This document shows, piece by piece, positions 25,423-37,725 of a stretch of 64,000 bases of DNA. The DNA is from Chromera velia (Eukaryota), in contig JAHBMJ010000001.1 in assembly GCA_018398765.1 (NCBI GenBank), positions 124,001-188,000 on the forward strand. Reading direction: 5' to 3'. Made by a program: the position numbers and the translations under genes. The number at the start of each line of letters is the position of its first letter. Position 1 is the first letter of the stretch. The notes under the pieces were generated by a model. The model made no database searches. It saw nothing but the letters and a program-made list of their open reading frames with translations, and was not told the DNA's origin.

Positions 25423-28400
25423 ATGAACCGTGACACGGCTGGTCGAGGCACTAACCTACTAGGTATTAGGTGTGTTACGCAACAGTGTAGTTACTTTGGC
25501 AAAAGTTCTGCACACACGGGATTATAATATATATACAGTTAGATCGATATATAGGCAGACATGCATATGGCGGCTCTCCCCTTAGTGCAGGGATTCTCCT
25601 CCTCTCCAGCAGCAGCAGCCGGAGGATCCCAGGCTGTAGCATCGCGGAGGTCAGGCAGGGGGGGTAAAGCGAAGCCTGGAGCCGCACCTCCGCAGGCCAT
25701 CGGAGGTAAACGAGATCGTGGACATCTGATGCCCCCTGACGATATCCAGACTGACGGTCTGACAAATCCCCCCTCGCCCTCAGCACAGAAAGACTCCCCT
25801 AAGCGCCCGAAGTCCGCTGTATTGCCCCCTCCCCCACCCCCTTTTCTGCCTAGTTACTCAAAATCGCTCTCACAGACCCTGACCAACAGTCTCAGAACCT
25901 CTCTTCCCGACCGCCACGTCGCTGCTTCCGCTATGGCGATGGTCCCACCCCCCTTGATCCCAATAGTCGAAAAAGCCCCCGGTCAGCCTCCTGGTAGGTC
26001 TAGAGAGACGGCTGCAGCGGGCTGTGGTAGTCCCTCCACACTTGGGAAACGGAATTAGGAGAGTGCTACAGCGGCAGCACTGTCTGCTTCAGCAGGAGGG
26101 AGGCCCTACCTGACCTTTCCGCATTTGACCGCTTCGACGCAGGGTGAATCGGTCTTTTCGACGCCCCCTCGCAGACAGTCCTCAGGACAGACCCTCCCTG
26201 AGTTCGGTCACGACACGCAGCCCCGCCTAGGGCCCAACACTAACGATGATACAGAACCTACAGCCCTCTCTCTGGCAGGGCTGCCCCCACTAGGGGCCCG
26301 CACCGAGGCCCCCACAAAGCAGCAGACGCGTGAAGGCCCTCCCGAAGGCATGCTAATGGATGCGTTTGTAGGGGACCGGGGTTTTTTCACAGGCTCAGCT
26401 GTCCCCCAGACAGCGGAGCCCTCCGTCTCCCTGTCTCCACCCCTCCACCAGCCCCCCCAACCGTCTAAGGTGACAGCTACCCCAGACCCGTTGCCCCCTC
26501 CAGGGCCTAGTCTGCTTTTTTTGCCCCCCGTTTCCTCACGCCCCCCACAGGACTCGGGTGGGGAGGACTTGGGGGCGATGTTGGGTCTCGGCAGGCACAA
26601 CTGTGAGTTCCCCCCCTGTGACTTATTTTTCGGATGCTCCCAGACACCTTAGTCGAAGCAGGAGTCTGACTCCCCGACTGTCCATATGGTTGCCTACTGA
26701 AGCCTCAACTGGGCCCCAGTCTGGTGGCACTGCACAGGTTTGCCCAGAGGGGACTGCTTTGAGTGGTCAGACTCCTGATGCCTTTAGGGGGGAATGTAAT
26801 AGTGAACTGACCGCTGGTGGTAGTGGGTGCCCCTCCGTGACTGGGGCCAGCGAGGACCCGACCCCTGACTTTCTCTTACCCCCGCTGAGATCTGATGGTA
26901 GCCTAGTAACGATGTTGATTGCAGGCCTGGCAATGGGCACAGCCATTGGAGGGTATCGAACGGAGTGGGAAAGCCCTCCTGGGCCACCCTAGATGACGAC
27001 AGCCACCCTCCGTCTGACGGCCAGTGAGGCTCGTGAACCCCTAGTAGACCCCCAGGGAGGTTTTCTGGGAGACTCGGCAGGCGGACCATCGGGGTGTGGA
27101 CTCTCTGTGTCTTGTTCTGAATTGTCTGATGGCTTCTCTGTATTCGATAGTCAGATGCTGACCATACTGTGTGTGAATGTCTGTGGACTGTCCGACCGCT
27201 TGCAGTGTCCCCGCTTCCGGGATCTCTTGGACTGCACGGACATCCTTGTATGTACAGAGACGCGCATGCTGTCAGAAGAACTCCACTTGGACACGCATTG
27301 GTGCCTGAATTTCCCGCACTACCATGAAACAGCAGATAATCCCATTAGGTTTACGGGAGGGGTAGCCTTTTTTGTGAATAAACAATTGTGCCCAGAGGTC
27401 CCAAGAAGCAATGCAATTGGCCCTTCTTGCGCCTCAATCAGGTTTCCAGCACCTGCTGAGCTTGCCTAGATCCCCGCAAATCCCCTTTGTGATAAAGCCC
27501 CTGTAACCGAGGCCCGGATGTTTACAATTGTAGGTGCTTACTTTCCCACCTCCTCTGCACAGCGTTACGCGGGTGTCTCCTCAAACGCCCTCTGGGATGG
27601 GATCTAAGGGGTCCTAATGTCCTCGCAAGCTGACTTCAGAGTCTTGTGTGGGGACTTCAATGCACACACGGCCAACCTTTGTACCAAAGTCCCCCTCCCG
27701 TCGTTATTAAACAACGCCCCGATGCCTCATGCCTCTGACCACATAGCTCTAGCTGGTAGAGAGCAGCGTTTGGGTCCTTCTCTCTATATCCAGATCCAAA
27801 GGGACAGTAGAGATCGCAGGAGGCCAGACCCACAGGGGAAAACCCTTATTGACAGGGCGTCAGAGTGTGAACTGACCATATTGAATGGGGCAAGACTCAT
27901 CCCTGCTGTTCAGCCCCCCCTCCCATTATGCCTGCCCCCCAACCCTCCTGCTATTGATGGTGCTCCGATCTTAGGACAGAGCTGTGAGCACCCATCTATG
28001 ACTCAGAGATCACCTGAAGAGAGCCGTGAGGACCCTCTCCTGGGGTCGGCCCTGTGGGACCCTTATCCGTCATCTGCCGAGCATACATATTTCCGAGAAG
28101 CTAGGGTTTCGGTTGTAGACTACATGTTCGTCAGTACAAACCTTCTTCCACTCCTTCGCTCCTTCTCCATCAGAAGGGACAGGGAGATAGCGCCGGATCA
28201 CACTCTCCTCTGTGCAGGGTTTGGGCAAGCTCAGGTTGCACGGCACAATGAATACCCAGTTGCAGAACCTAGGCGTCCAGGCCCCCCTCAGGGGTCGGAC
28301 GAGTATGGTCTAACCCGCGCTGTCCACAGCATGAGCAACGAGTCCCACTTGCCTCCTGGGCCCCCGCCTACCCTGCCTGAGGGGTGGGAATTCGCCTCCT

Positions 28401-31400
28401 GCCTTCGTGGCAGCTGGCCAAGGCCCGGTGCCCACTGCTCTATCCCGACTTTCGACTCACCAGGATTTGCCGATGCGTCGAACAAGTTGTGCTCCTACCT
28501 AAATACCCGTAAATCTCCCTGGATGGGCTTAGATGTAGGTGCAGTGCAGCCCTCTCCCCTACCCACTGGCATGGAGCAGGGGGATACGATTGATTCCATT
28601 TTCTCCGGATAGTTTTAGGCAGTGTGTGGTGAGGCAGGTGGCCGTCCCCCCTCGGTTGCTTCCTGCTCTCCTCTTTTGAACTCTGAGAGCCCGTCACCAC
28701 CTCCCAGATGTGTTGCTTCACCTAACGATGGACAAAGGAGGGTATCTGCGGGGGCGACCTGGAGGGCAGGAAGAAGGTCCAATGTGCCCCGAAACAGGCC
28801 CCCGATTCTCCAACCACTCCGATTAGAGGTGCGGTGGTGGGCAACTGAAGTGAAGAAACAAAAGTCGTTGTTGTTCGCTCCCGGACGACTTCCTGTAGGG
28901 TCCAGCCGACTGTTACACCTTGTCATCGCAGAGACCCACAAAAAGTACAGGGAGGCTAAAACAGCGTACAACCGAGCCTTATCAGCTTATGTGAAGTCGG
29001 AAGCAGTGGAGCGGGAAAGAGTGCTGCAAGCGGAACTGCAGAAAAGTTCATATAGAATCTATGAACTACTTAGAGACCTCCGCAAACGCGCAGCAGCAAG
29101 GTTGATGCCCTCTTGTGCCGACGATGGTACGTCAGCTGCCCCCACAACACGAGTCCCCTCCCCCTGGGCTTTTGCTGAGCACTTTACTCAAGTATTCCGC
29201 TGTCCTGAGGAATCCAGTCCCGGGGGATGCTGTTCAAGGCCCCTTCCGAGTTCTTCCTCTCTCACAGTCCCTGGCATATTGGTCTCAACTGTCTCACAGA
29301 ATGCCTATGCCCCTCCTGTACGAGGCTTGGCGCCCTTGAGCACGGAGATACCCCCACCACTTCAGGGGTCCTCTGCCCCCCTAATGCCACCGCCAAGTTT
29401 TCCTCCCCTCTCCCCCCTCTCAAACCCCCCCCCCCNNNNNNNNNNNNNNNNNNNNNNNNNNNNNNNNNNNNNNNNNNNNNNNNNNNNNNNNNNNNNNNNN
29501 NNNNNNNNNNNNNNNNNNNNNNNNNNNNNNNNNNNNNNNNNNNNNNNNNNNNNNNNNNNNNNNNNNNNNNNNNNNNNNNNNNNNNNNNNNNNNNNNNNNN
29601 NNNNNNNNNNNNNNNNNNNNNNNNNNNNNNNNNNNNNNNNNNNNNNNNNNNNNNNNNNNNNNNNNNNNNNNNNNNNNNNNNNNNNNNNNNNNNNNNNNNN
29701 NNNNNNNNNNNNNNNNNNNNNNNNNNNNNNNNNNNNNNNNNNNNNNNNNNNNNNNNNNNNNNNNCCCCAACCTGAGGCTTCTGACCCTAGAGCCCCGTCT
29801 GGTGTATGGGAAGCTACTGGTAGGGTATCGCCGTTCCTGGATCTCGAATTCTTCTCTCAGGAGGAAGTAAAGTCCTGTCTAAGGGCTGGTAAGAAAAAGA
29901 AAGCGGCTGGCATTGATGGGCTGGTGGTTGAAAACCTGAGGAAATGGTCCCAAAACCCGCTCTTCGTAGCCTTAGTCACAGACGTGTTTAACGTCTGCCT
30001 TGTAGAGGGCAGAATTCCGTCAATCTGGAATAGATGTCTTATCTTGCCGGTGCTGAAGCCCGGAAAGGACCCGGAGGACCTGGCCTCCTACAGACCGATC
30101 CACCTGCTTAGACACCTCTCGAAGATGTTCAGCTCACTCGTTGATCAGCGATTGAGGAAGATTGTTTCGCTTTCCCGGGTGCAGTTTGGATTTTAAAAGG
30201 GTAAAGGTACCAGGGACGCTCTGTTCGTTTTCAACCACATCCTCAAGAAGTATCACTTCCCGGGTATGCATTATATTTTTATCGACTTGAAGCAAGCATT
30301 TGACTCGGTAAGACATAAGTGTTTATGGGAGCGCTTAAAGGAGGAGTGGGTCCCCCCTCATTGGGTACGGGTTGTTCAAGGTATGTACACTGACGTGTGG
30401 GCAACGGTCTGTCAACCTGCCAGTGAGGGTATGCAGAATCGGTGTGTAGCGGGCTTAGCTCCCACTGCTGGCAAATTTTGGTTTAGAGAGAGCGTTGGGG
30501 TCAAGCAGGGCAATCCACTCTCGCCACTGTTATTTAATCTCTTTATAAATGACCTCCCGTCTTTTATCGCTGACCGACGTCTTACGGCCCTGTCAAATAG
30601 GACTGGGCCATCCGATCAGAATCCCCAACCCCCCCCTTCGTCTTCCGCTCTCCCTCCAGCCTTGCTGGCAGCTGTTTCGTCTGCCTCCTCTTCGTCTTCC
30701 AGTCACCCGACTTCCGCTAAGGTTAGGGTTGGGCCTTCTTCTGACTTCTGTGAGCTTGAGTGCCTCCTTTACGCTGATGATCTCGTTTTGTTCCACCCAG
30801 ATCCAGGTGAGCTGACTTGCATGCTTGATCGTTTGTCTGCCTACTGTTAGAAGAACGGATTATCTATGAATGTCTCAAAGTTATACTCGTTGTTTGTGGG
30901 GGAGGAATGGAGTTTGGGCGAAAGGAAGGTCTTTCTCTTTGGGGGGAAAGTCATACAACGTTGTTCAGAGTTTAAATATCTGGGTGCAATTTTCGACAGG
31001 AATGGGGCAGTCAGTCGCGCTTTTGAAATGCGTCTAAAAAAAGGGAAGAGAAAGGTGTTTGCATTACTTAGGGAACTTGCACTGCTTGCCAAGGTCTCCC
31101 CGGGGAGGTTGATAACAATGTGCAGGACTGCAGCCTCGTCAGTATTCCTCTATTCGGCGGAGACAGCGGGCTTGTCCCCTCGATAACTGCATCTTATTGA
31201 CGACTTCTGGTTAAGCCTCTGCCGGTCCCAGGTTGGCCTCCCCCAAACCTCTCCAAGGATTCTTACCCTCCTTGAGTTTGGTATCCTACCCGGAGCCGCA
31301 ACCCTAGCAGAAAGAGCGCTCAGGTTCCTGTGGGGAGTGGCGCAGAGGCCAGTGAATGACCTAACCAACCTCGTGTACAGAGAACTGTGTGAGAGGCGAC

Positions 31401-33408
31401 AACTGGCCATTTTAGACGACTTTGTTTCTTTCGTTTCGTCCTGTTGTCTTGTAGCAAAGCTAGACCCTGCTGATGTACTTCCACAAAGCTCTTTGTCTTC
31501 GAGTACGGTGATGTCATGGGGGGGGGAGCTCTTTTCATCGCCAATGGGTGGTGTGCAGAGAAGAGTCTGGGAGACGGCAACTCAACAGACAAATTGGTCT
31601 TCTCCGGGCATCCCCCCCCCTTTTTTCGTCTTACCTCTGTCTCCGTCCCCTCCTTATGGTTGCACACACCTTTCTGATGCCTTGTCAAGCAGGCTTGCAC
31701 GTCTGCTGTGGCGTCACGAGCCGTGGCCGTACTTTGAAAAACCGTTCCCCCGTTCCTACCTCCTGGAACGCTCGCTTCCCTTCCAGTCTCGTCGAGTTAT
31801 CTCTCTTTTCCGACTGGGGATCTGCCAGACCTCGGCCAGGACGGCTTTGTTTAGAGGTATGGCGGCTTTTTCCCCCCTCGCTCGCTGTTCATTTTGCAAA
31901 GAACGAAACCCAACGACCCCACCGCAAGATCTACCCATCGGTGATGAGCTTCACGCTCTTTCTGACTGCCCGGAATTTGACTCTGCTAGAGATCGATTCC
32001 AGCAGGTCTTGCGGGTCTTGCCGAAAGCGAAGTACTTCAGCCTCAGCACACTCGACTGCAGCGAGATATTCTTTGTCAAAGTCCTTGTCCCACTACTTTC
32101 TGAACGCCTTGGATTGGTGGGGTGAACGTTGGTAGGGATCAACGAGTCTTTAGTTCGCAAACAAAGAGACATAACGAGACAGGACACCCCTTTGGATGGA
32201 GAAGATGTGGGCCGACAAGGTTTGCCGAATCGGTCTGCTGGCACAGGGGGGGTAAGGGGCACAATATCTGCTAGACAGTCACATCAAGCCATCGTCATTC
32301 AGGGTCAGAGTCTTCCAATCCTCTCTTCAACGTCTGCAGCCCCCATCTAAGCCAGTCTGCTGCGTAGAGTCGCCGCTAAATCAACTCTTTCTGTAGGCTG
32401 GTGTTCCACCATGTTGCCTGCTATCCAGTCGTTAGATGCCCACCGTTCAGGCACTTACTCGCTTCCTCTCCTTCTGTCACTCTCATAAGTGTCAGTTATC
32501 TACACGGATGGCGCCAGCCGCTCTAATGGTACGCCGCACGCGAAGGCAGGTTATGGAACATATTGGGGTCCTGGACATTCATGTAACCTCAGTTGTAGAC
32601 TCAGAGGTAAGCAGACAAACAATCGAGCCGAGCTGAGTGCGATCATAGCTGCGCTTGAAACTGGAATTCTCCATGGTCCTCCTCGCACGCTGATAGTCAA
32701 ATCTGATTTGTGGTATGCTTGCCGAGCCCTGGAGTCATGGGTTCCGCAATGGGAAAGAAATGGTTAGAGAAGACCTGATGGAAAGCCAGTGTGCAATCAA
32801 GATTTGATTAGTAAGTTGGTCAGCCTTGTCAATGAATACGAATGGGTACTGGAGGGGACTGTGTCTATCCAATGGGTGAAGGCGCACAATAAAGAGCCTG
32901 GTAACGAGGTAGCAGATGCTCTCGCTGTCAAGGGTGCGTATCTTCCCATCCCTTGTGCGTAATGTTCTTGTCTGTAAAGGAGTAGGGGGTTGGGTGTATT
33001 GGTCTGATATACTGGGCCAGAGTGAGAAAGCGTAACTTGAGGTGGAGAGGGAGATTTGGTTCTGGCCTTGGAAGTCGAAGACTATCTGGTGCTGCACCCT
33101 ACTCTTAGAGCTAGAGGAGGTTGTGCTGACTGAATTTATCTATTCTTCTTCTCGGTCGTTGATGCAGCGTGCTTGGTAGGAGTCGGTTTTCCACGTTGGC
33201 CTGTTTTTCCTCATTAACTGGTACTGCATGCTGGAGGTTTTTTGTCCAGGACCACTCTAGGGAGCGGGCCGATAGACCGTATGTATGACCAGACACGTAG
33301 CGTGCGGCAGGTAATGCCGAGCAGTTACGTGATGTATGTGTATGGGGTGGAGGTACTACCTGAACGGGCGGATGCTCCCATACCTCCCCTTAATACCTAA
33401 TACCTAAT
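25423..33408 (+). mobile_element. Full-length degenerate APE-type non-LTR retrotransposon (RTEX-like architecture): Pro-rich N-terminus, AP endonuclease, RT, CCHC, RNase H; (TAATACC)n tail
   Basis: APE at about 27150-28250 (ILCVNVCGL, CTET, GGVAFFV, GAYFP, CGDFNAH, SVVDYMFVS, PDH). RT at about 29870-31000 (KAAGIDG, YRPIHLL, QFGF, FIDLKQAFDSV, GVKQGNPLSPLLFNLFINDL, LYADDL, FKYLG). Knuckle CSFC...GDELHALSDC at about 31885-31970. RNase H at 32489-32940. All lie in one frame from 26558 to 32962. Tail TAATACCTAATACCTAAT at 33391-33408. Candidate TSD ACGTTTAA (25415-25422) / ATGTTTAA (33409-33416). Confidence 0.9.
32489..32962 (+). pseudogene. RNase H1-like domain at the C-terminus of the retrotransposon ORF
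   Basis: VIYTDGAS..NG..AKAGYGTYWG...QTNNRAELSAII.ALE...IVKSD..Y......W...W..NG*...GKPVCNQDL...QWVKAH...PGNEVADALA. The D-E-D-H-D catalytic residues are present, with one TAG at the conserved Trp of NGW. Confidence 0.9.
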
Positions 33409-33671
33409 ATGTTTAATTCTATATGCGTACGTATATGTACATATATGGCTTTGTTTTTTTTTTCTGTAAAAAAAAAAATAATGCGTGCATGCATGCATAT
33501 ATTTAATTTTGGTGTTTTTTTTTTCGGCGTCAGCTAGTGCACAAGGAGGAGGAGGAGGAGGAGGAGAAAGAAGAGATTGTAGTGACCATATAGGTTTGAT
33601 TTGATAGTATGGTAGTATGCCAGTACCGTTTGGTTTTCCAAGGAGGAGTCTAATACAGAGACCCTCAACCA

Positions 33672-33989
33672 GAGTTGAAGTATAGGGTACCAGCCTGCCG
33701 CGTATCTATACTTGCTTCTGGACCCGGCGGGCCGAGCGTGCAGGCCGTGCCGCACGGTGCCGAAGCGCCGTGCTGGCCAGGATATATATTAGGATTGCCG
33801 CGCGTGCATTCGATTTTGTACGATTTGTGCCGTGCGCATTCAGCACAAGCCAGTTCAGATTGATCCACTTCGTGCAGTGTTAGCTGATTAAACGTTTTTC
33901 GGCTGTTCGTTCTACTCTGCCTTGATGGACAGACTATTTCATGAAGTAGTTCCACCGTCATGGAGATCTAGCTCTGTATTCCGTTTGAC
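33672..33989. repeat. Dispersed approximately 315-bp GC-rich repeat, copy 1 (likely element end)
   Basis: Aligns end to end with 35700-36011 (GAGTTRAAGTATAGGGTACCAGCCTGCCGCGTATC...ATTCCGTTTGAC), roughly 90% identical by eye. Confidence 0.9.
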
Positions 33990-35247
33990 CATCTCTTTGA
34001 TCATTCTCTTTTATGGTTGACAGCGCTCTATTGTGTCCCGTTTCGGTCAGTCAACGACCGCAATGATTTCCGTCTCCTCATCTCTCCAGCTATCTTTTGC
34101 TCCACCTTTCCACTGCTTGGAAGCCATCCGTTCCAGTTAGAGGTAGAATGAGAGAAAGTTTTCAGGAAGCTTTCTCCTTCCAATCTGGAAGCTGTGGAGG
34201 AAGGATAAACCTGCAGCCACTGCTGCGCCTGTAGGTCTCTGCTGGGAGACGTCATGTTGCTAGTCATGTTGCACGATGATGTTCGTTTATTAAAGACTCC
34301 AACGTGGACGCCAGATGAAAAACTAAGTCTCCACTGTTCCCCCAAGCTCTTTCGGCTTCTCTCCTCAACAACATCACCCAGATCGAGCACGTGGACAAGG
34401 ACCGCCAGTAGCATGATTGCTGCTATTTCTGCCGAGAGCCGCCCTCACCTCAGCTGCCACTAGCTGCTGTCTGGACCGCACTGAGCCATCAGTGCACCAT
34501 CTGCTCGTAGCTGTTTTCTGGACCGCCAAGAGCTGAGAGTGCTGCAGCTTTTCTACTATGACTTCGCTTATCTGCTCGCCAAGGATCATAAAGGAAGGCA
34601 AGGTTTCGGAAGCACCTCTTTGGGGGGGGGGATTCTTGATGACTTTTTTATCCGTGCTTGGCTGTCTCCGTGTCTTCTGCCAGTCAACATCCATCCGTGT
34701 GTACACTGGAGTGAGAGAGGATACAAGGACGCTCCGCTGAGTTGCGAATGCAAGGTTTGCAGTGTTTGTTTTCTCTTGTTAGGCAGTGAGTGCAAACTGT
34801 GCATGTGATTGAACTCTTTGATGGAGAAGCATACAAGGCACGATTTGTTCTATCTTTCTGCACAGCCACTGCATGGATTCTTTCTTTCCCTGTTGCTTTT
34901 CCAGTGTTGTGAAGCGCTCATCTTTTGAAAGGCAACAGACAGCCAGACCTAAGAGGCAGGCCAAAGAAAGGCAGACTTAAGAGGCACTGCCAGGCCGGAG
35001 ATAAACAGTCTTATGATGCTTAGCCCTCTGACCTTGTTCTTGTGATGCCTAGCCCTCTGTCTCTCTATTATCCTTTCATGTGTGCTTTTCAATCTTCAAC
35101 ACTGGCAGGCAAGTGAAAGCAAGAAAAGATTTCATTGACTCTCAGGCAGTCAGACCAAAATGCTGTTTCATTCCCTTTGTCTTTATCTTTCTCTAGTGTT
35201 TCGCTTCCGTTTCTTTCACTTTGCAAAGCTTGCTAGGATATGACCTA

Positions 35248-35678
35248 GGGTATGACACTTAAAAAATAAATAAATATAATTTAATTACAAACCCTAAGGG
35301 CATGTATCCCTCTGATTAGCTATAACTCTAAAAAGTAGTTTTTTAAGGTTTTTAGGATACACTGACCTTATTTCTACGATAACACAACCTTTTAAATTAA
35401 ATCTTATAACCTTTTATATATAGGATCAATCAATCAATAGGAAAGTCAATTCGCCCTCGGAGGTTTGCAAATGCTCATGACGTCGCTTTGCAAACCTAAT
35501 CCCCCAACCTGACCAAACATGTCTAAACTTATCTAAACCTGGTTCCAAATGGCTTTTGCTATAAGTTTTGCATAAATACAGAGAAGATGTAAAGCAAACA
35601 CAGCCTGGTATTTTACCATAAAACATCAGACAAACCGATTATTCAACGAATGTAGGATAAACTTAAGAACATAAAAGA
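35248..35678. mobile_element. Truncated copy (one end) of the AT-rich element at 38668-39756
   Basis: Starts GGGTATGACAC. Reverse complement of about 39355-39753 over roughly 400 bp. Confidence 0.75.
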
Positions 35679-35699
35679 TAGAAATGTAATTGAGGGGGG

Positions 35700-36011
35700 G
35701 AGTTAAAGTATAGGGTACCAGCCTGCCGCGTATCCATGCTTGCTTCTGGACCCGGCGGGCCGAGTGTACAGGCCGTGCCGCGCAGTGCTGAAGCGCCGTG
35801 CTGGCCGGGATATTAGGATTGCCGCGCGCATTCGATTTTGTACGATTTGTGCCGTGCGTATTCAGCACGAGCCAGTTCAGATCGATCCACTTCATGCAGT
35901 ATTAGCTGATCAAATGCCTTTCGGCTGTTCGTTCTACTCTGCCTTGACAGACAGACTATTTCATGAAGTAGTTCCACCATCATGAAAATTTAGCTCTGCA
36001 TTCCGTTTGAC
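35700..36011. repeat. Dispersed approximately 315-bp GC-rich repeat, copy 2
   Basis: Direct repeat of 33672-33989, followed by different downstream sequence. Confidence 0.9.
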
Positions 36012-36954
36012 TCTAGCGTTTGACTGTCTCTTTGGTTATTCTTTTTTACTAGTGAGACACACATCAAGTGAGTCAAGGCCTTCGTTTGCTCTTTGTAAAC
36101 TTCTAGCTTTCTTTGATTCTTTATTCTGTCTGCCTTCTTTCTGCTTTCGTTGTTTGTTCTTCCTCTTTCTTCTGATGGGGTGCTGCTAATCGAAGGCAAC
36201 TGGCAGTGGGATGACCGCCCTGCAGGCCCTGCAGGGCCTGGTTATTACTGGTTGTTCCTTCAGTGGGGAGGGGCACGAGGACCACCATGGTCATCTGCCA
36301 GTACCGCTTGGCTGGCTGTGCAGATTTCCACCACCAGTCTGTCTTCTGCGTGGCCTCGGGCCCAGGGGGGCAGAGAGGCTGGGAGGCGGAATACCGCAGG
36401 GGCATCGGAGCGACCATCAAGCAGACATCTATCAATGTAATGGCGGCAGTCCCCAACATAGATGGGGACCGCTGCTATCATGTGGTGGTGTTCGAGATCG
36501 GTGCACCTGCTACTTAGCGGGCCTGACAACGTGGGAATACCGGTGGAGAATCGGGGCCGCCGTCTAGCTGACCACCTGCGATAACTTGCAAGGCAGTGGC
36601 GGCTACCGAAAACATCGATGGGACACGGATCTACCGTGTCGTCGTGTTCGATGGAGATCGGCTGGCCGATTTCCATTAGTGCGCCGTCTACTTGGCGAGC
36701 CTGAGGACATAGGATGGCCAGCAGTACCGTCGTCTCTACCACAACTGCTGGGACTTTACCAGGGCTAGCCAGGGCTCTATGCACCCTGATGGGTGCAAAC
36801 TACTACAACACCTGGGAGCATGAGCTCCCAACTGCCATCGCGGGTCAACCCTGTGTAAAGTAAGTGGTTCTTTCTTTTCAGACTCGCGCTGACTTTGCAT
36901 CATACAAAAATCTTTTCTTCGTTCTCTACGATGCAAAGTTTAACTTTGGACCAG

Positions 36955-37118
36955 CTTTTTTTACTCATTTCCCTTGCTTTCTTTCTTTCTTTCTTTCTTC
37001 CTTCTTTCCTTTCCATTTTTCGTTCCATCTTTCTTTCTTTTTTTCTTTGTTTCTTTCTTTCTTTTGTTTCTTTCTTTCTTTCTTTCTTTTTTTCTTTCTT
37101 TTTTTCTAAGACTAAGAC

Positions 37119-37150
<32 letters not shown>

Positions 37151-37725
37151 TTTTTTATTTTTTTCTTTCTTTGTTTTTTTTTTTCATTCTTTCTTTGCTT
37201 TCTTTCTTTCTTTCGTTCGTCTGTTCGTTTGTTTATTCTTTCGTTCTTTCTTTCTTTCGTTCTTTTATTCTTTTGTTCTTTCATTCTTTTGTTCTTTCTT
37301 TTCTTTCTTTCTTTCTTTGCTTTCTTGCTTTCTTTCTTTCTTTTTTTTTTTCTTTCTTTCTTTCTTTTTTTTCTTTCTTTCTTTATTTTTTTACTTTGCT
37401 TTCTTGCTTTCTTTCTTTCTTGCTTTCTTGCTTTCTTGCTTTCTTTCTTTCTTTCTTGCTTTCTTGCTTTCTTGCTTTCTTTCTTTCTTTCTTTCTGTCT
37501 TTCTTTCTTTCTTTCATTCTTTCATTCTTTTATTCTTTCATTCTTTCATTCTTTTTTTTTACCTTCGTTCTTTCGTTCTTTTGTTCTTTCTTTCTTTCTT
37601 TCTTTCTTCTTTCTTTCTCTCTTTTGTTCTTTTTTTTTTTTTCTTGCTTTCTTTTTTTCTTTCTTTCTTTCGTTTGTTTGTTCGTCTGTTCATTCATTCA
37701 TTCATTCTTTTCTGTTTGTTTTTTA
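36955..37725. repeat. Long degenerate (TTTC)n / pyrimidine-rich simple repeat
   Basis: About 770 bp made almost entirely of TTTC, TTCA and TTGC units. It explains the Phe/Leu/Ser-rich spurious ORFs. Confidence 0.95.

Noticed and set aside
25423..25560. HDV-like or hammerhead ribozyme at the retroelement 5' end
   Set aside because: I could not place the required nested double pseudoknot or the CUGANGA/GAAA core by eye. Only generic stems are visible.
12155..29764. Poly-C/poly-G runs flanking N-gaps as G-quadruplex or other functional elements
   Set aside because: They sit at contig ends where sequencing fails, so their true length and sequence are unknown.
33672..36011. Direct repeats interpreted as LTRs of one retrotransposon
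   Set aside because: No TG..CA termini, PBS, PPT, TSD or gag/pol remnants are recognisable between them.
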